DNA of 7,890 bases from NCBI GenBank assembly GCA_018985225.1, contig JADGIF010000476.1:1-7890 (forward strand), written 5' to 3'. Below the pieces are notes generated by a model. The model saw nothing but the letters and a program-made list of their open reading frames with translations. It searched no databases and was not told the DNA's origin. How positions within the stretch are numbered: the stretch's first letter is position 1; every line of letters starts with the position of its first letter. The position numbers and the translations under genes are program-made. The stretch comes from Amoeboradix gromovi X-113 (Eukaryota > Fungi > Sanchytriomycota). This document shows positions 7,642-7,890 of the stretch, one piece after another.

Positions 7642-7757
7642 TTGACTCACTGAAAGTCCTGATTTACGATAAAATCGAGAATTTCCACAGAGAAACTAAT
7701 GCTAGATGTTCCGTTACAGTGATCGCTCACACTTTCACTACCCTGAGGCGGGATTGA
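7642..7757 (-). ncRNA. Putative omegaRNA scaffold and element 3' end
   Basis: On the minus strand: hairpin CCC-GCCTCA-GGG (7741-7752), stem AGTGA/TCACT (7735-7739 with 7718-7722), hairpins GTTTC-TCTGTG-GAAAT and CGAT-TTT-ATCG, and a long-range pair TGAAAGT/ACTTTCA (7731-7737 with 7651-7657). It ends in GAGTCAA, where similarity to the copy at 494-539 stops. Confidence 0.55.
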
Positions 7758-7889
7758 ATAAGTATGCATATACTTGATGTATATGTTCCTTGCAGCCATA
7801 TGGTCTCTATCTATTTACAAATGACAATTGGTACAGGTGTAAGTTTCTAAGTTGATTTTCTTTAAAGCACCATAGCTCGTACATGTCTG
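7647..7889 (-). pseudogene. Degenerate C-terminus of a TnpB/Fanzor (Fanzor2-like) RNA-guided nuclease; 5' part outside the window
   Basis: The minus frame from 7889 reads QTCTSYGALKKINLETYTCTNCHL*IDRDHMAARNIYIKYMH..., matching the TnpB pattern (S)xTCxxCG-x(n)-CxxC-x4-DRDxNAARNI. Lesions are Tyr in place of Cys (7872-7874) and TAA (7815-7817). The frame continues to TGA at 7647-7649. Confidence 0.88.
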
Positions 7890-7890
7890 A

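Larger units (their letters stand above)
7642..7890 (-). mobile_element. 3' portion of a Fanzor/TnpB-encoding element inserted just upstream of the 519-aa gene
   Basis: Nuclease remnant, structured tail and an end sequence repeated elsewhere in the window. The terminal TCAA equals the right-end tetranucleotide of IS200/IS605 elements such as IS608 and ISDra2. Confidence 0.65.

Noticed and set aside
747-7645. Track ORFs 747-1028, 1574-1888, 2323-2556, 3024-3215, 3335-3523, 5544-5891, 7052-7393, 7245-7574 and 7430-7645
   Set aside because: They are antisense or alternate-frame shadows of better-supported genes and show no recognisable motifs.
494-7697. Whole block as a composite transposon bounded by inverted repeats
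   Set aside because: The repeats are diverged element 3' ends with the nuclease remnant outside the block, the cargo is housekeeping genes, and no target-site duplication is visible. Independent insertions are simpler.
1-7890. CRISPR array, tRNA or rRNA
   Set aside because: No regularly spaced repeats, cloverleaf or rRNA-like sequence was seen.

Overview
AT-rich, very gene-dense eukaryotic DNA in the standard genetic code. The proteins look fungal, and the Integrator subunit suggests a non-Dikarya lineage (inference). The core is a housekeeping block: a Rec8/Rad21 kleisin split by a 19-nt GT-AG intron, a 54-aa mitoribosomal L33 missing from the ORF track, 60S acidic P1, INTS4, Grx5, Bud20/ZNF593 and a 519-aa unknown protein. 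The most interesting signal is at the two edges. The right edge (- strand) holds the decayed C-terminus of a TnpB/Fanzor RNA-guided nuclease (Zn finger plus DRDxxAARNI), followed by a structured omegaRNA-like tail ending in TCAA 11 nt before a host ATG. The left edge (+ strand) holds a second, more divergent Fanzor-like C-terminus with its own hairpin-rich tail, and an orphan diverged copy of the right element's 3' end. Both nuclease fragments are cut by the window boundary, and all calls are by eye without database searches.
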